Assembly (NCBI RefSeq): GCF_008831285.2
Contig: NC_045138.2
Span: 35,836,001-35,900,000 of the forward strand
Direction of reading: 5' to 3'
Length of the DNA: 64,000 nt
DNA from: Nymphaea colorata
Taxonomy: Eukaryota
Part shown: in pieces, positions 26,879 to 39,400 of the stretch
How the letters are laid out: the number at the start of each line of letters is the position of its first letter
How positions within the stretch are numbered: position 1 is the stretch's first letter
Notes under the pieces: model-generated
Told to the model about the DNA's origin: nothing
The model's input: the letters and a program-made list of their open reading frames with translations, nothing else
Databases searched by the model: none
Translations under genes and position numbers: made by a program

Positions 26879-28793
26879 TGATGAGACAGGAATCTGAATT
26901 CCATTACGAGGAAAGCTAATTTTGTCCAGAGATGAAGAGTCATATCCAATGTTGAGGCATGGGCCTTTTTCTCCTTTTTCTTTCCCTCCTAGAAATCTTT
27001 TCTATTGTAATTCTTGAGGTTCCACGATCTGTGGTTGTACTTGTGTTTCATGATATTTATATGTTTATAGATTTTTGTTGCTTAGCAGCACTGCATGACG
27101 ATAGCATTCCATTTTTCTTCTTCTCCCCTTTGTTATTTGATCTCTGATGCGCATGTTGCTGTTCCGGTGGAAGTATGTTCTTGAAAAGTTTGTTGGGTCT
27201 CTGGATTGCAGGAAAAAGTACCGGACGGGTAAAACACGGATGTGTGTGTGTGTATGCTGGATTCATACAGTCCCGGACATGTGCCTTGGTGCAGTATTTT
27301 CTGATCGACAAATTTCTATTCAACGGCTAGTTTTTTCAACTAACACTACAACCTCGCATCCAACTTATTAAATTTACATGCTTTCATCAAAAATTTATAT
27401 ATTGCTATGGTGAACAAAAATGACATGTCAAATTAAGGCTGTATGTTTATTTCTTTTTTCTTTTTGCGTTCGAAAGGAAAAAACTGAGCGGGGAATGTAA
27501 CATCATATGTGTCGAAGCATTGAGAAAACTTGATTTCAAAGGCTTTGAGAAAGGGTTTAGATGCTTACATCCCATGCTTGAACTGAAACGGGTCCTTAGA
27601 CACACTATACCGAGCACTAATGCAGTTTTGAGCCGAGTTCTTACGGGTCGGATGATGGTAACAGTTAGGTTATATCTAACGCCGTGGTGCTTGAACGAGA
27701 GTTATCTTCTTCTCCCACATGAACGTCTTCGTTGCTCGTCTCTCCTCTTTGGGAGACTGATCTTCTCTTGTCTTCTGTTTCTTATTTTGGCTCTTTATCC
27801 AAGAAGGCCTTCGTCTAAGAAGAAGAAGATGGTGCACGCCCCGTGAGGTATCACCGAAGGACCGGGACTGCGAGGGTCGGGTTGCCGGATTGCACAGACA
27901 AGCAAGAAAAATAACTGAATGTTTTAACGCTGTTCAGTTCATGCAAAAACCTATTGTTACACGGAAGTTATGGTAGGATCTAAGTCAGATGTTGGCCAGA
28001 TTGTCGATTCTCATATTTGTCTTCAGATGATGCAAGCTGGCCTAATTGGTCATCTTCAACTCCAGAAGCCTCCTTCAAGCTCGTTATGCTACTTTTCCCC
28101 TTGAGCTTTGAACAAGAAATCTGTGCCTTCTGATGAAGAGAGGCTTGGCTAAAATATCTACTATTCTTTTCTGATGATGTAAAGGACGTGAGGCAAGAGG
28201 AGAAATCCCACTGCTATCACACAAGCAGAATCGGTGTTCTTGTATCATTGATCCTAAGCTCATTGACCAGGGGGTCTTTATTTTTGTGACTCCAATAGCA
28301 ACATTAACAAGACTTCAATATTTAGCTTCACTAACTTCTTCTTCTTCTTTTTCTTTTTTTTTTTAACTCTGTAGATTTGATCGATGATACATATCCTTCA
28401 GTAGATCCCAGAGTATCAACATTAACTAATTTAGTCGTAAGGGTCATACTATAATCTGTGATGCCCGTTAAGTAGCAAATGATTCTCAACAACAATCCAA
28501 TGTTCAACTATGGTGTCCTTCGGTAGTGAAAACACTAATACATTGTTTTATGAATCTGCCTCAAGAAATTCAAAGAGTCATGCAATACTGCAGCGTAGTG
28601 AGTTGTCAATAATGACGCTTTATAATGCAATAATGGCTCATGGTCTCCAAACGTCAAAATAAATAATCTGAGGGGTTTGTTAACGTGAAATTCAATCCTG
28701 TGGAAGAGTCAAACATGACTCTTGCCCTTATGACAGACTTCACAACCATTATTGAAAAAATTCAGAAAACGACAATCCGAATTTGTTCACAAC

Positions 28794-28956
28794 CAGGGGG
28801 GTTGAATTATAGTTTTAATATTTTAACAAGAGCTAAAATATGATTATTCAGAATTTTTTATAGGATAAATAATTTTTTTAAAATATACATATACATTTTT
28901 AGCTTTTTTTTGAAAGAGAGCCAAAGCTCCTGCCGGCCCCCCTTGGCTCTGCCCTG
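28794..28956. mobile_element. Short non-autonomous hAT-like element (MITE), 163 bp
   Basis: Termini CAGGG…CCCTG flanked by 8-bp near-direct repeats TTCACAAC (28786-28793) and TTCACAAT (28957-28964); AT-rich core; GC-rich subterminal cctgccggccccccttggctctgccc. Confidence 0.65.
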
Positions 28957-29309
28957 TTCACAATCCATTGGACAATTTCCATAGTCATGTGCCAAAGCCA
29001 ACTGTGCCAGTGTTCAAAACGTCACTTTTTTCACCAGCATGAACTACTTTTGATGGCTAGTCCTTATATATATATATATATTCCTCTAGTCTTCTTTGCT
29101 GTCTTCATTAAATATAATTTAGTAAAAATGATCGGGAGAATGGAATATAGTAGTAAAGTATTCAAATTGAGGTGTGTGTATACTCCCATCAACAGATACA
29201 TATATACAAGTAGCTAACAAACCCTGATATATCAAACTTAATGAGAATCATCCGGATTGTTGATTTCAAGGAGATAAAGTGGTAGAGATTAAATTGCAAA
29301 TATAAATGG

Positions 29310-29444
29310 CAAGTTTTTCAAGGGTCCAAAATATTAAATTTTTTTATATAGGCTAGATGGAAGTTTTTTAAAATATGTATTTTAAAAAAACTTTGAGGGT
29401 GGTATGGGTGCATGGTCCCCTGCCGGCACTCCTGGCTCCGCCCC
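29310..29444. mobile_element. Truncated relative of the 28794 MITE
   Basis: AT-rich core (tttttatatagg…ttttttaaaatatgtat) followed by cccctgccggcactcctggctccgcccct, similar to the right end of the 28794 element; left terminus not seen. Confidence 0.5.
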
Positions 29445-31143
29445 TTCTTCCACGGTGAGGTAGTTGAGTTTTCTCCAAGTTCAATTGATAAGTGAAAGTC
29501 CAACGAACAAGAGGATAGGAACCAATTGTCAACGAATGAAGGAACGATGGTGCTTTCATTGATCACTTCTCCTTATGCAATTGTCATTTTTAATGCATAA
29601 AGAAGACTTCGAATGGATCAATTCCGCTCACAATTGTCGTTCTCAAGTAGGAATGCTTGATGTTCACATTTTCTTCATCAAAGTCGGCACAAAAAATTTC
29701 CAGTACTTGAGCATTGAGAAGAAAAAAAGAGAAGCTTCCGAAGGTGGGAGCGGTTATTTGATCTTTGTGGGAACGGGAAAGCTCTTTGTTGCTCGATTCG
29801 GCCGTCTCTTCGTTTACACTCCAGGTGATTTTGGAGTTCCTATTTATTCAAAGAATTCGGCGCCGTCTTGAAAATTTCCACTAAACTTGCTAAAGTGACT
29901 AAAAAAAATTGCTGAAAATTCCTGTTTGTAGCGAATCTCTCTCTCTCTCTCTCTTTCTTCTGTTGTTGTCTATGTATGTTTAAAGATCCAGGAGCTGTGT
30001 TTTGGCATTTGAAGAAGATGATCCTTGTACCACCAAGTAGACTTTTAGGTTGGAGTTCACGATCTTGGTCAGTTATTTCTTCATGCCAAACAAGCCCTCA
30101 AGTTGTTCCTACCTAACTAGGAATGGAGGTTCTTGGCTCTCACGTAAACGTTGCTACAGATTAGGCTACTCTGCATTAGCTCTCATTTCTTAGTTTTTAC
30201 ACTAATGATGAAACCAATGTCACATAACTAATACTCGTACGAATTAAAAGTGCGATTAAAAAAAAAACAAAAAGAAGAAAGAAAATAGTTTTTCCTTATA
30301 TGGTGCATTTTAAAGGGATTTCAAAACTTGTAACTCACATTTAGATGATAGGTGTGAAAAGAATATCAGAAATAACTTGCAGATTTGAGTTCCATTTAAA
30401 AACCATAGGAGAGCTTAGAATCCGCCCATATTTAGTATTTTAAATCACTCGATATGTTCTTGACATTCTAAGGAAACATTTGCTTGCCTTGTTAAAAACG
30501 CAACCACCAACTTGTTTTTGTTCAGGGGATGCTCTCCACCACGCGAATGAGAAAATCTTAGATATACGTGTGACGACATTCCGTGCTTGCCTCAAGGCAA
30601 CACGAAACTCTGAAGAATGGTTCAGACGTCTCCATCGTGCATGTTCCCAGATGTAACTGGACTTATAATAATAGACAGCCGCGCGCTTTCGTTGAACTTT
30701 TCTCTCCAATGGCGTCCGCCAGCTTCAATTATAAGAAGCCTCGTCTGTTTATTTTTATCGTCTACCAGACCGCGTCCAACCCCTGTCACTGTGTGCTTGA
30801 ATCATTCCCCCGCTCCATACTTTTGCTTAAACTCCATAACGTCACCTGTCGCTGTCTGCAGCATTTACGTTTAATGGAAAATGATTCCCCTAAGAAATTG
30901 TGTACATGGTAATGAAAAACTCTTGGATTGAAGGACCCGCAATGAACGTTCCTCATTTGCCAATATAAAAAAATAACTTTTTTTTTTTTATATATATAAA
31001 GCAACAAACATATTTTCACGCGGAAGCGGAACCGCTCTTTCTTAGTTGATGACTCTCTCCTAAGAAAATCTGGACTTCTCTGGATGTAAAAGAAGCAAGG
31101 AATTGTCGTTTGAGGAAATTTTTTCCAAATGTCAGCATCCATA

Positions 31144-31643
31144 GATTGTGTCAATTACCATTGCAATGTTCTTTTAACATGCTAATCAGACTAAACAGAT
31201 TTGAAGAAGATGGAAGTGGGATTAATGGCAGCGGCAGGATGCAGAGTAGAAGAAACTAAGCAGTCGCTTTTTTGGTAGTGGGCCTTTAATATTATATAAT
31301 TTGCCTTCATGATTGTGTCAATTACCATTGCAATGTTCTTTTAACATGCTAATCAGACTAAACAGATTTGAAGAAGATGGAAGTGGGAAAATGGTAGCGG
31401 CAGGATGCAGAGTAGAAGAAATTAAGCAGTCGCTTTTTTGGTAGTGGCCCTTTAATATTATATAATTTGCCTTCATGATTGTGTCGATTACCATTGCAAT
31501 GTCCTTTTAACATGCTAATCAGACTAAACAGATTTGAAGAAGATGGAAGTGGGATAATGGCAGTGGCAGGATGCAGAGTAGAAGAAATTAAGCAGTCGCT
31601 TTTTTGGTAGTGGCCCTTTAATATTATATGGTTTGCCTTCATG
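31144..31643. repeat. Non-coding tandem repeat, 3 x ~167 bp
   Basis: Units start gattgtgtc(a/g)attaccattgcaatg at 31144, 31311 and 31477 and end …tttgccttcat; only scattered substitutions and 1-nt indels between units. Confidence 0.95.
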
Positions 31644-32099
31644 TATGAGAACATGAATAGTAGTCGTTCGGAAGCAAGGACAGAGTGTTCGTGATCCTAA
31701 TTAACGAGGAAATAGAGAAACCTCAAGGCAACAGCTAATGGCGCCCCGTGCCGATCCGGAAGTTGCTTTGATTGCTGGCAACAACTACCGAAGCTTCATT
31801 ATTTATTCACACTAAAATCAAATCAAGCCAATCATGGACAGCTCTCCCAAAATGAGAACATCTTTAATCCAGAAAAGAAGAAAAAGGAAGCGGAATACAG
31901 AACCCAAACCAGAAAAAGGCAAAAAAAGCCTCGAGAAAAAAAAAATATATCATAAAAAAGGTGACTGTATACCAAGTAATGTCTTTATGTCTTCTCTATT
32001 TATACAAAACGCAAAAATTTAATAATCCATCCATCTCTACTTATTTAAATAACAAAACGGGAACGAGGATGATAATGGACTGCGTCCACCGGAAGCCGG

Positions 32100-32900
32100 T
32101 CACCACTTGACGGAGTATGCGCAATCCTTACTGACGACCGTCGCGTCCGCCGTCAGCTTGTCCACCGTCACGTCGCAGCGGACCTTGACGGTGAACTTCC
32201 ACGTCTTGACGGAACCGACCTTGAGCTTGATGGGGGCGTCGATGGACACGTACAAGGAGACGCGGCCGTTGTTCTGCCCTTGGATCAGCGCGTCGCGGAC
32301 GGTGCTCGTCAGCTGGACGTTCGACCCCGTAAGCGCCGTCACGAAGACCGTCACGTTCTGCGTTCCCTGGTAGAACGTCGGAAGCTGGCCGGAAACCAGC
32401 TGCTGGCCGGAGCACGAAATGTAGACGCTGCTGCCTGTCTCGTAGAAGATGCCGATCTTCTTGTTACGGTTCTCCGCGCGGACGGAGACGTCGAACTCGG
32501 GAGACGCGATCAGCGTCTGCGAGACGTTAAAGCCCTTGACGGAGAGGGAATCGATGGAGTAGGAGGGGGCTTTGGGCTGCAAGACGAAGTACAGGACGGC
32601 GGCGGCAACGGCGGCGGCGATGGCGAGGAGGATGAGAAAGAAGACGAACCAGCAGAGGACGCGGCAGAAGGAGCAGCCGCGCTTGGGGCGGGAGTAATTC
32701 TTGTAGAGGCGGGCGTTCTCGGGTGGGGGCACTCTGTAGATCGTGTCCTTGGGAATTTGGATCACGTAGCTGGGGGTCGGAGAGGAGCGAGGGTTGGAGT
32801 GCTCTCCCGAGTCGAACTTCGACTTTGCGTCGGACTCCGAATGATTAGGCTGCGGCTGGTTGGCGGGCTCCGGAGCGGCTGGGTGCACGCGCTCCGCCAT
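32100..32900 (-). CDS. NDR1/HIN1-like (NHL) protein with LEA_2 domain, intronless, 266 aa
   Basis: MAERVHP start, YVIQIPKDTIYRVPPPENA motif, Cys-containing segment, single TM helix, then PKAPSYSI…VRAENRNKKIGIFY…LPTFYQG…VKVRCDVTVDKL…C, typical of NHL proteins; strongly GC-rich third positions. Confidence 0.93.
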   Translation of the reverse strand: MAERVHPAAPEPANQPQPNHSESDAKSKFDSGEHSNPRSSPTPSYVIQIPKDTIYRVPPPENARLYKNYSRPKRGCSFCRVLCWFVFFLILLAIAAAVAAAVLYFVLQPKAPSYSIDSLSVKGFNVSQTLIASPEFDVSVRAENRNKKIGIFYETGSSVYISCSGQQLVSGQLPTFYQGTQNVTVFVTALTGSNVQLTSTVRDALIQGQNNGRVSLYVSIDAPIKLKVGSVKTWKFTVKVRCDVTVDKLTADATVVSKDCAYSVKW

Positions 32901-33082
32901 TGATGATAGAAAAACTGGTGTAGCTTGGGCTACCTCCGCTATATCACTTCTTTCCCCTTCCTTCTTCTTCCGCGTCTCTGAGAAATGGGGATAAGAGAGG
33001 GAGAGGGGGGATGGGATGAATGGGGTTCTTAAGTAGAGGGGAGAAGAGGGAGGAGGCGACCAGGTAAAGGGCTCTCTGAGAC

Positions 33083-33114
33083 ATTTATCTGAACCAAAAC
33101 GCGTCGTCCGCGTT
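33083..33114 (-). promoter_or_regulatory. Paired CGCG boxes (CGCGTT) next to a TATA-like element upstream of the NHL gene
   Basis: aACGCGTcgtCCGCGTT at 33098-33114, about 200 bp upstream of the ATG; GATAAAT on the minus strand at 33083-33089. Confidence 0.4.
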
Positions 33115-36100
33115 CCAGAAAAAGTCTTTGTTCTCCACAACCACGGCGTCGGAGAAGGTGAGGGTTAAAAAGATGGGGGAATCCTGTTTTGCCGAAAGTA
33201 ACCCCCGGTGTTGTCGTCTCTTGTGATTGAAAATTTGGATAGGTGAACATGGATCCCTGCTTAACTGTGACCCTGATCGTGAGGGCATCACCTTTGGCCG
33301 GATAGGATGATTTGAAAACGGGCTTGGGGGGTTCTGTGACCCGAAATCTTAATGGATCTAGTTTCTTACGTGCAACATCACGAGAAGTTGTAGGGAATCG
33401 GTTCAAGTTTGCAAAGCTTATAAATGAGAAATAAAAGTGTTTGAATAAAGAAGCAATTCTTAGCCTTTCCGGACGATACCCACCTCGATTTACGTGATTC
33501 TTTCCTCGAAATCGCATTCAAAGGTGCAAAAATGAGTGGTGTGGCAGTTGCGCCGCAAGCTCAGACCCGAATCATGTATCAAAACAAAAAATGGATCCGG
33601 GATCCCAGTGAGGGCATTTTTGTCGTTCCACCTGAAAAAGCATCTCCTCCTCCTGAAAGTAAACCCAACGTCAAAAAACAAAGGCGAGCGAGCCCCACTG
33701 ACCCTGACTTTTAGTGGCCAAATGACCAACCTGCCCTCGGGTTAGCTCGCCAAACGGTCGTTTTTTACTTTTTGGGGGTTCTTTGTTTTCCTCTGGGATG
33801 ATATGCGGACAGCTCGGCCAGTTGGCAGCGGAAACGCGGGCCCACACGGACTGGAGCGCAGCGCGCCGCGCCTGGAGGCGACGTGACCGCACGCAATTCC
33901 GGCCGTCGAGCCCCGGTTCAGGCAGGCGCTTCTTCTTTGGACAGGGCGAGCGTGGGTTCCGACTTCGACTGCATAAGCCTCGTCCCTACCGTCCATCCCA
34001 AAGATATGTCATATCTGGACGAGGAACGTTGGCTCGTTGATTAAGCTAATGCCCAGCAGCTGAAACGGCAGACCCTTAAACCCGGCCTAAACGCATCGAC
34101 CTTCTTCCGCCTTCGCTTTCACATATTTCCAAGACTTTCACATGCAGTTATGACGTGTTTTTTTATTTCCCGGTGTCGTGAAAATCGAAAAAATTGATCC
34201 AACCGGCCAACCTGATTGAATCGGATCTTTCGCTCTTCTAGATTGTTCTTTTTCTTCTTTTTGGAACTGCTTTTTGCAGTTTTTCAATTGTAATGCGTCG
34301 CAATTTTTCAAAGAAGCATATTTTGCAACAAAGTATATGTGATCCAGATGATTATTCTAGCTAAATAAGCCATGTTAACATGTTTAGGTGTATAAATTCA
34401 CTAATCATGACCTCCAACCATAGTTGTTGCGACTGTGATTGCTCTTTAAAGCGGCAGAAAAAGAATAAGTAGTGGTCACATTGCCATATATGTATTTGGT
34501 TTGACAAATTGAGCACGCATTTGCTTCGCATGGTATTGTGGTTTAAGTCAAGGAATGAAACTGTGGAAACTAATGTGGATCTGAAGTTGGTTGTTGATTA
34601 AGGACAGAGTTAGGCTGATGCGTTGCGGCTGGCTTACTCCACTAATCAAATGGGAAACGAAGCAAAAATTCTACATGTGGCTGCAATCAATACTTTGTGT
34701 TCCTCTTTTCCAGTATGTCGACTGATCAAGATGATTGCTGGAACATTCGTGGACTCCTGAATTGTTTTAATCCTTTTTCTTTCCATGGCGATTTCCTTTC
34801 CTTTTCTCAATATCTATCTATGTGCATGTTACATATATGACAGGCGAATTCAACACCTACTTTAGCCATTCAGCCTGCTGGACAAGATTCTGACTGGAAT
34901 TTTCAAATTTAAATCTGCAATTAACGTTGTAAGACTCAAATTTATGAATTTAAAGAAAATATAGAAAACTCATGCCTAAATTAGATTTTTAACTGTTTGA
35001 TTTTAAAACATTATAAAATCCAATTCGCATATCAAATTTTGAATACGTGTTTTTCCAAACCTAGAAATTTTAACCTTCCAAGTTCATCTACGGAATTGAA
35101 TTGCAGGAAATCGACTGGACGGTGATAGTATGTATCTACCATTCAGTTAACATTAAATCGGACGGCTCATCAGATCTGTTTCCTTTCCTCTGTCTTCTCT
35201 CTCACATCTTCTGAAGGAATAGCTCCGCCGGCTCCTCCCCCACTGTCGCCAGCCCACCTGCCCGGTGGCATCGTGACTTTTCTATGGCGTTGTCACAGAC
35301 ACGTAGGATTTGGTTTCTCCAATTTTTTTCTGCTTCTAGTCTATTTCCAAAACGGTTTTTTGTATTCAAATTCATGCTCTTATTTTTTAGAGTAAAAAAG
35401 CATTCTCACCGTTGATTGCACATTAATGTAGGCATATAGATCTAGGAGCAACCTTTCAAAAATCTAACGATGTGGGTGCCATCGTCACGTTTAAGAACTA
35501 AGGAAATCGCATGCGAACTATTCCGTTTATCGGCCAATTTTCTTAATTCCTTACAAAATATTATTTGTCGAACTGAATAAAATAAATTTCAAGTTGAATC
35601 TTAGGTTTTCTCAAGTAGAGTTATCATTTATGCACAGTTTTGTGAAAATTGTTAGCTTTTAACTATCATTGAATTGGAAATTCTTATAAAATATTGTTTG
35701 CACATTTACATTTATGCGGATAATTTTGTGATCACCAGTTCAGTTCGTGAAGCGACAATCTCGAAGTTCACTCTACATGCGTGCACGTCTGCGGGCTTGG
35801 TCCCATAAGCGAGAAAAAAAGGGAAAGCTCTTTAGACAGACATTCAGAATCTCATGCCACGATTCAAGAGCCTAAAATCGAGGCACAAACTTAGTTTCAA
35901 CCCAACAGCCTCCGAGCCCGGGATGGCGTTGGGCCCTTACTGGTTTCCAACTAGGGTTGCACCAGCCCAGCTCAGCTCACCGCCTTGCAGCAGCCAACGC
36001 TAAATTTGACCAGGACGTGAGTCCAAGGATAACTTATCTTCTCATTTGACTAGAATATCCTGAAACGTTACATGGGATTTCTCTATTGAACCGACCTTGC

Positions 36101-36434
36101 CCACGAGCGACGCCACAGGCCACCCGCCAAGGTAGTGGCAAGTCGACTTCCTGGCGAGTGCCGTTGAGACATCAGCAAGTGGACGTGCCAAAATCCAGGG
36201 GCTCTGGAACGTTCCCAAGAAAATAGACGTACAAATTAAAAAGGGACAAAGAAGCCTTTCGGGCGTTATGGACCTTTCAGTGCTTGAATTCTCCAAATAT
36301 TAATTAATGTTAAACTACCTCTCTCCTTGTCCAATGAAAATTCTACTATAAATTAAACAATGATGAGGATGAAAGCTTAGAAAGACAAAATTATGAAAAT
36401 GGGGAGAAAATTCGCTACAAAGTTTCTCGGTAGG

Positions 36435-39400
36435 TTACAATGCCTTCTTCTGCGCTATAGCTGCCGGACGTTGCCGCCTCTTCCGTGATGGCATCTTCCC
36501 TGGAAAGGCCCACCTCAATAACCGCTCCCACAATAAACAACTCACCATCATGAGCATTGCCCAGCCAAGCAGCTTCGTACCAAAAGGCTGCGGCAATGGC
36601 ACAAGCTTTAACCAATCATTCAAACTCCTGAACAGATCGGAAGTAATAGCCGTGAAAAATACGACGGCCATAGTGAGCGCGTACAAGAAAGGCTTGTTCT
36701 CCCTTATGCTCTGGTTAAAAGGATGGCCCATGTAGTTCACGGCAAAAGTGGCTACCTGAATCATCATGCTAGCCATGTAAGAGACCGTGTTCACCAGATT
36801 AGGATGGAATTCGGAATCTGGCTCTACACATTCCTCTGGCATGTACTTCTCCGCTTCCTTCACTGATGAGATGAGGAATAACAGGTGAATTGCAAACTGA
36901 CCAAGCAGGGAGAGAAAGACGTAAGCACAGAAAATATTTGGGTGCGGGCGCTCAGGCGAGAGTGTTGAAAGTGGCCGGGCATGCGAAATGAAGAGGAAGA
37001 ACGCTGCTGTGAAGACACCGCTTATGGTGGCCTGCATGTCGCCGAGTTTAACGCCATCCAGGTACATAACACTTAGAACATAGGCAGTCGCGAGGCAGTT
37101 GAGGCCCAGAATCTTGAACATCTGAAGTGTCGTCACAAGTGTACTCCGACCTTGGCGGATTATGTCAAGAGTGGGCGAAACTGAAGCATGTTTTGCAGTG
37201 AACGGTGATGCCATTGACGCATCTCCGAGCTTGACAATGGGTGGGGAACGGCCATCACCCTCTTCATTCATCTCATCCATGAGCTGCTTCAGCTTGAGAC
37301 GCTGCTTCTCAGCTGCAGTCAGATGACGATTAGCAGTGGCGTTAGAACCTGATTCTGATGCCTTTGGTGCTCGACTGGCTCTGCTTTTACTCTGTCCGGA
37401 TCCATCTCCATTCAGACCAAGCGACTCCGTTCCTGGTTTTGACTGCTTCTTCTGTTTCCCGACCTTCGTGTCGCTCTTGGAAGCTTCAGCTGATGATGAA
37501 CCATCTGGTTGTGCTGGTGGTATTGCATTCAGTAGGGCAACACCCACATGAGCCTACAAAATATAAAATATTAAAGCAACAAATCATGCTAGGATCTACA
37601 ACATTGTTCTTGAGAGTAAAAAGTTCTGCTATATAGTATGGGATGGTAATCAAAACGCCAGATCAACCATCATGCATGAATTCCTAAACATTTGCAATAG
37701 GTAAGATCCCAAAAGTTCTATAATAATGTAGAAAATCTTACTTTGTAATCTCATGGGTGTGTTGGCAGATATGGTTGCAGAGTAATCTCATAAAACTTGG
37801 TTAAATGGACATGGTCAAAGTGTGTGGTGATGCAACCTTACAGAAACACTGGAAAACAAACAATTGATACACATTTGAACAAAGCAATAGCCCAAATAGG
37901 AGTAACAGCGTGACATGGTCCAGAAATTGTATCCTGAGCTCCAAACACGATATTAGACTTGACCCCGACTCAAAAGGAAAAATCAGTATCGTCTCAAAAT
38001 GGTCTATGTTTGTTCTCATCAAGACGAGTCCCAATTTCTCAATTCCTGTGGAATAGACTACATGGAAGGTCATAATAGGAATGGAAGAAAATTATTATTT
38101 AGAGTTTAACTTGAACAAGAACAATTTTTGCAGCAAAGATTAACATGATGGGCACAGAAAGTTCTGAAACGCCAGAAGTAGGATGGACCTGAACACCATC
38201 AACTCAACCACGCCAATAAGAAATAACCCCTTACAAAGAATGGATGACCGGGTACCTCAAACTGCATAAACTACAAAACCTGAAACACCATATCAAACAT
38301 ATAACAATGCCTCCTTTAAAGTTAAAATTGCTTTGCAATACCAAGTAGGTCCAGTTGTTCCAAAACGTAGGACAGGGGCATGTATGGCACAACCTTTATT
38401 CTAATCCAAAATATGAAGGAATCGTGTAGTAGAAAAGCAGAAAATGATGTCAACCTGCTTTAATGCCCCAACATCATTCGTTCCATCTCCACACATCAAA
38501 GTCATCCTCCCAACTGTCTTGAGAGTGGTCATTATGAGTTCCTTCTGATCTGGGGCAACCCTTGCAAAGACCTGATTTATATAGAAAACATATGATTAGA
38601 TAGTAAGAAGCTTACAATAAGTACCACAGTCACATCTCCCAGATGCTCACCTTTACAAATGGAATGACTTGCAGAGCAGCTGAACCTTGTTGTAACATTT
38701 CAAAGCAGTCCCCGCCAATACAAAGATCGAAAGATTCTGACAAAGATTCCACTTCATTTTGACTGCATAAATATCAAAACTCAGCGGCAATTACTTCAAT
38801 TCTGGCAGCAAACGTGGCCAACACCTATAGAGTATGTGTGCGTGTATTTATTTAATAATCAGTTTTATTTTAACAATACAAGTTTCCATGCATATGAAAT
38901 TTCAAAAATGAAGTCCCAAGCTAATTATTTTTCCTCAAGGAATACACGTAGATATGACTGTTTGTCATATGTATACCCACACACATGCACCTTTTTCTTC
39001 TACTCCAGTCCTTGTTCTTGTTCTTTACTTTTGTTTTCTCTCCTTCCTCTTCTTTTCATTTTCTTTCTTCAGTTCTTATGTGTCCATCTACCATGGCTAA
39101 GCCATATACCGTGACAGGTCCATGGCACAGTTAGGAAGCCTAAGCAAATTTAGACACGACAAGAATTTGTCATATCAGACACTCACCTGTAAGAAATCGT
39201 CTGACTTTCATCTGGTGAGACCCACTCAAATCTTTGAGAGCCCCTCACTGGAGTCAGAATTAGTGATGGTTTAGAAATAATGTGTACTTGGCTTGCCACA
39301 TGGCAGGCTGTTAAAGCTTGATCTCCAGTGATCATCACCTACAAAGAAAGATGGTCAACCATGAAAATCTTTGATAGTAAGTATACTTGGAGAATAAACA

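Noticed and set aside
31144..31643. Tandem array considered as CRISPR-like or coding
   Set aside because: No unique spacers, eukaryotic context, and unit lengths of 167/166 bp do not preserve a reading frame
32280..32903. 207-aa plus-strand ORF and other ORFs overlapping the NHL gene
   Set aside because: Antisense or alternate-frame shadows of a GC-rich CDS; no recognisable protein
32901..33140. 80-codon N-terminal extension of the NHL ORF in the ORF track
   Set aside because: Starts at a non-ATG codon and crosses promoter/5'UTR-like sequence; the family-typical start is MAERVHP at 32900
33532..33714. 60-aa ATG-initiated ORF divergent from the NHL gene
   Set aside because: No recognisable motif; length compatible with chance in GC-rich promoter DNA
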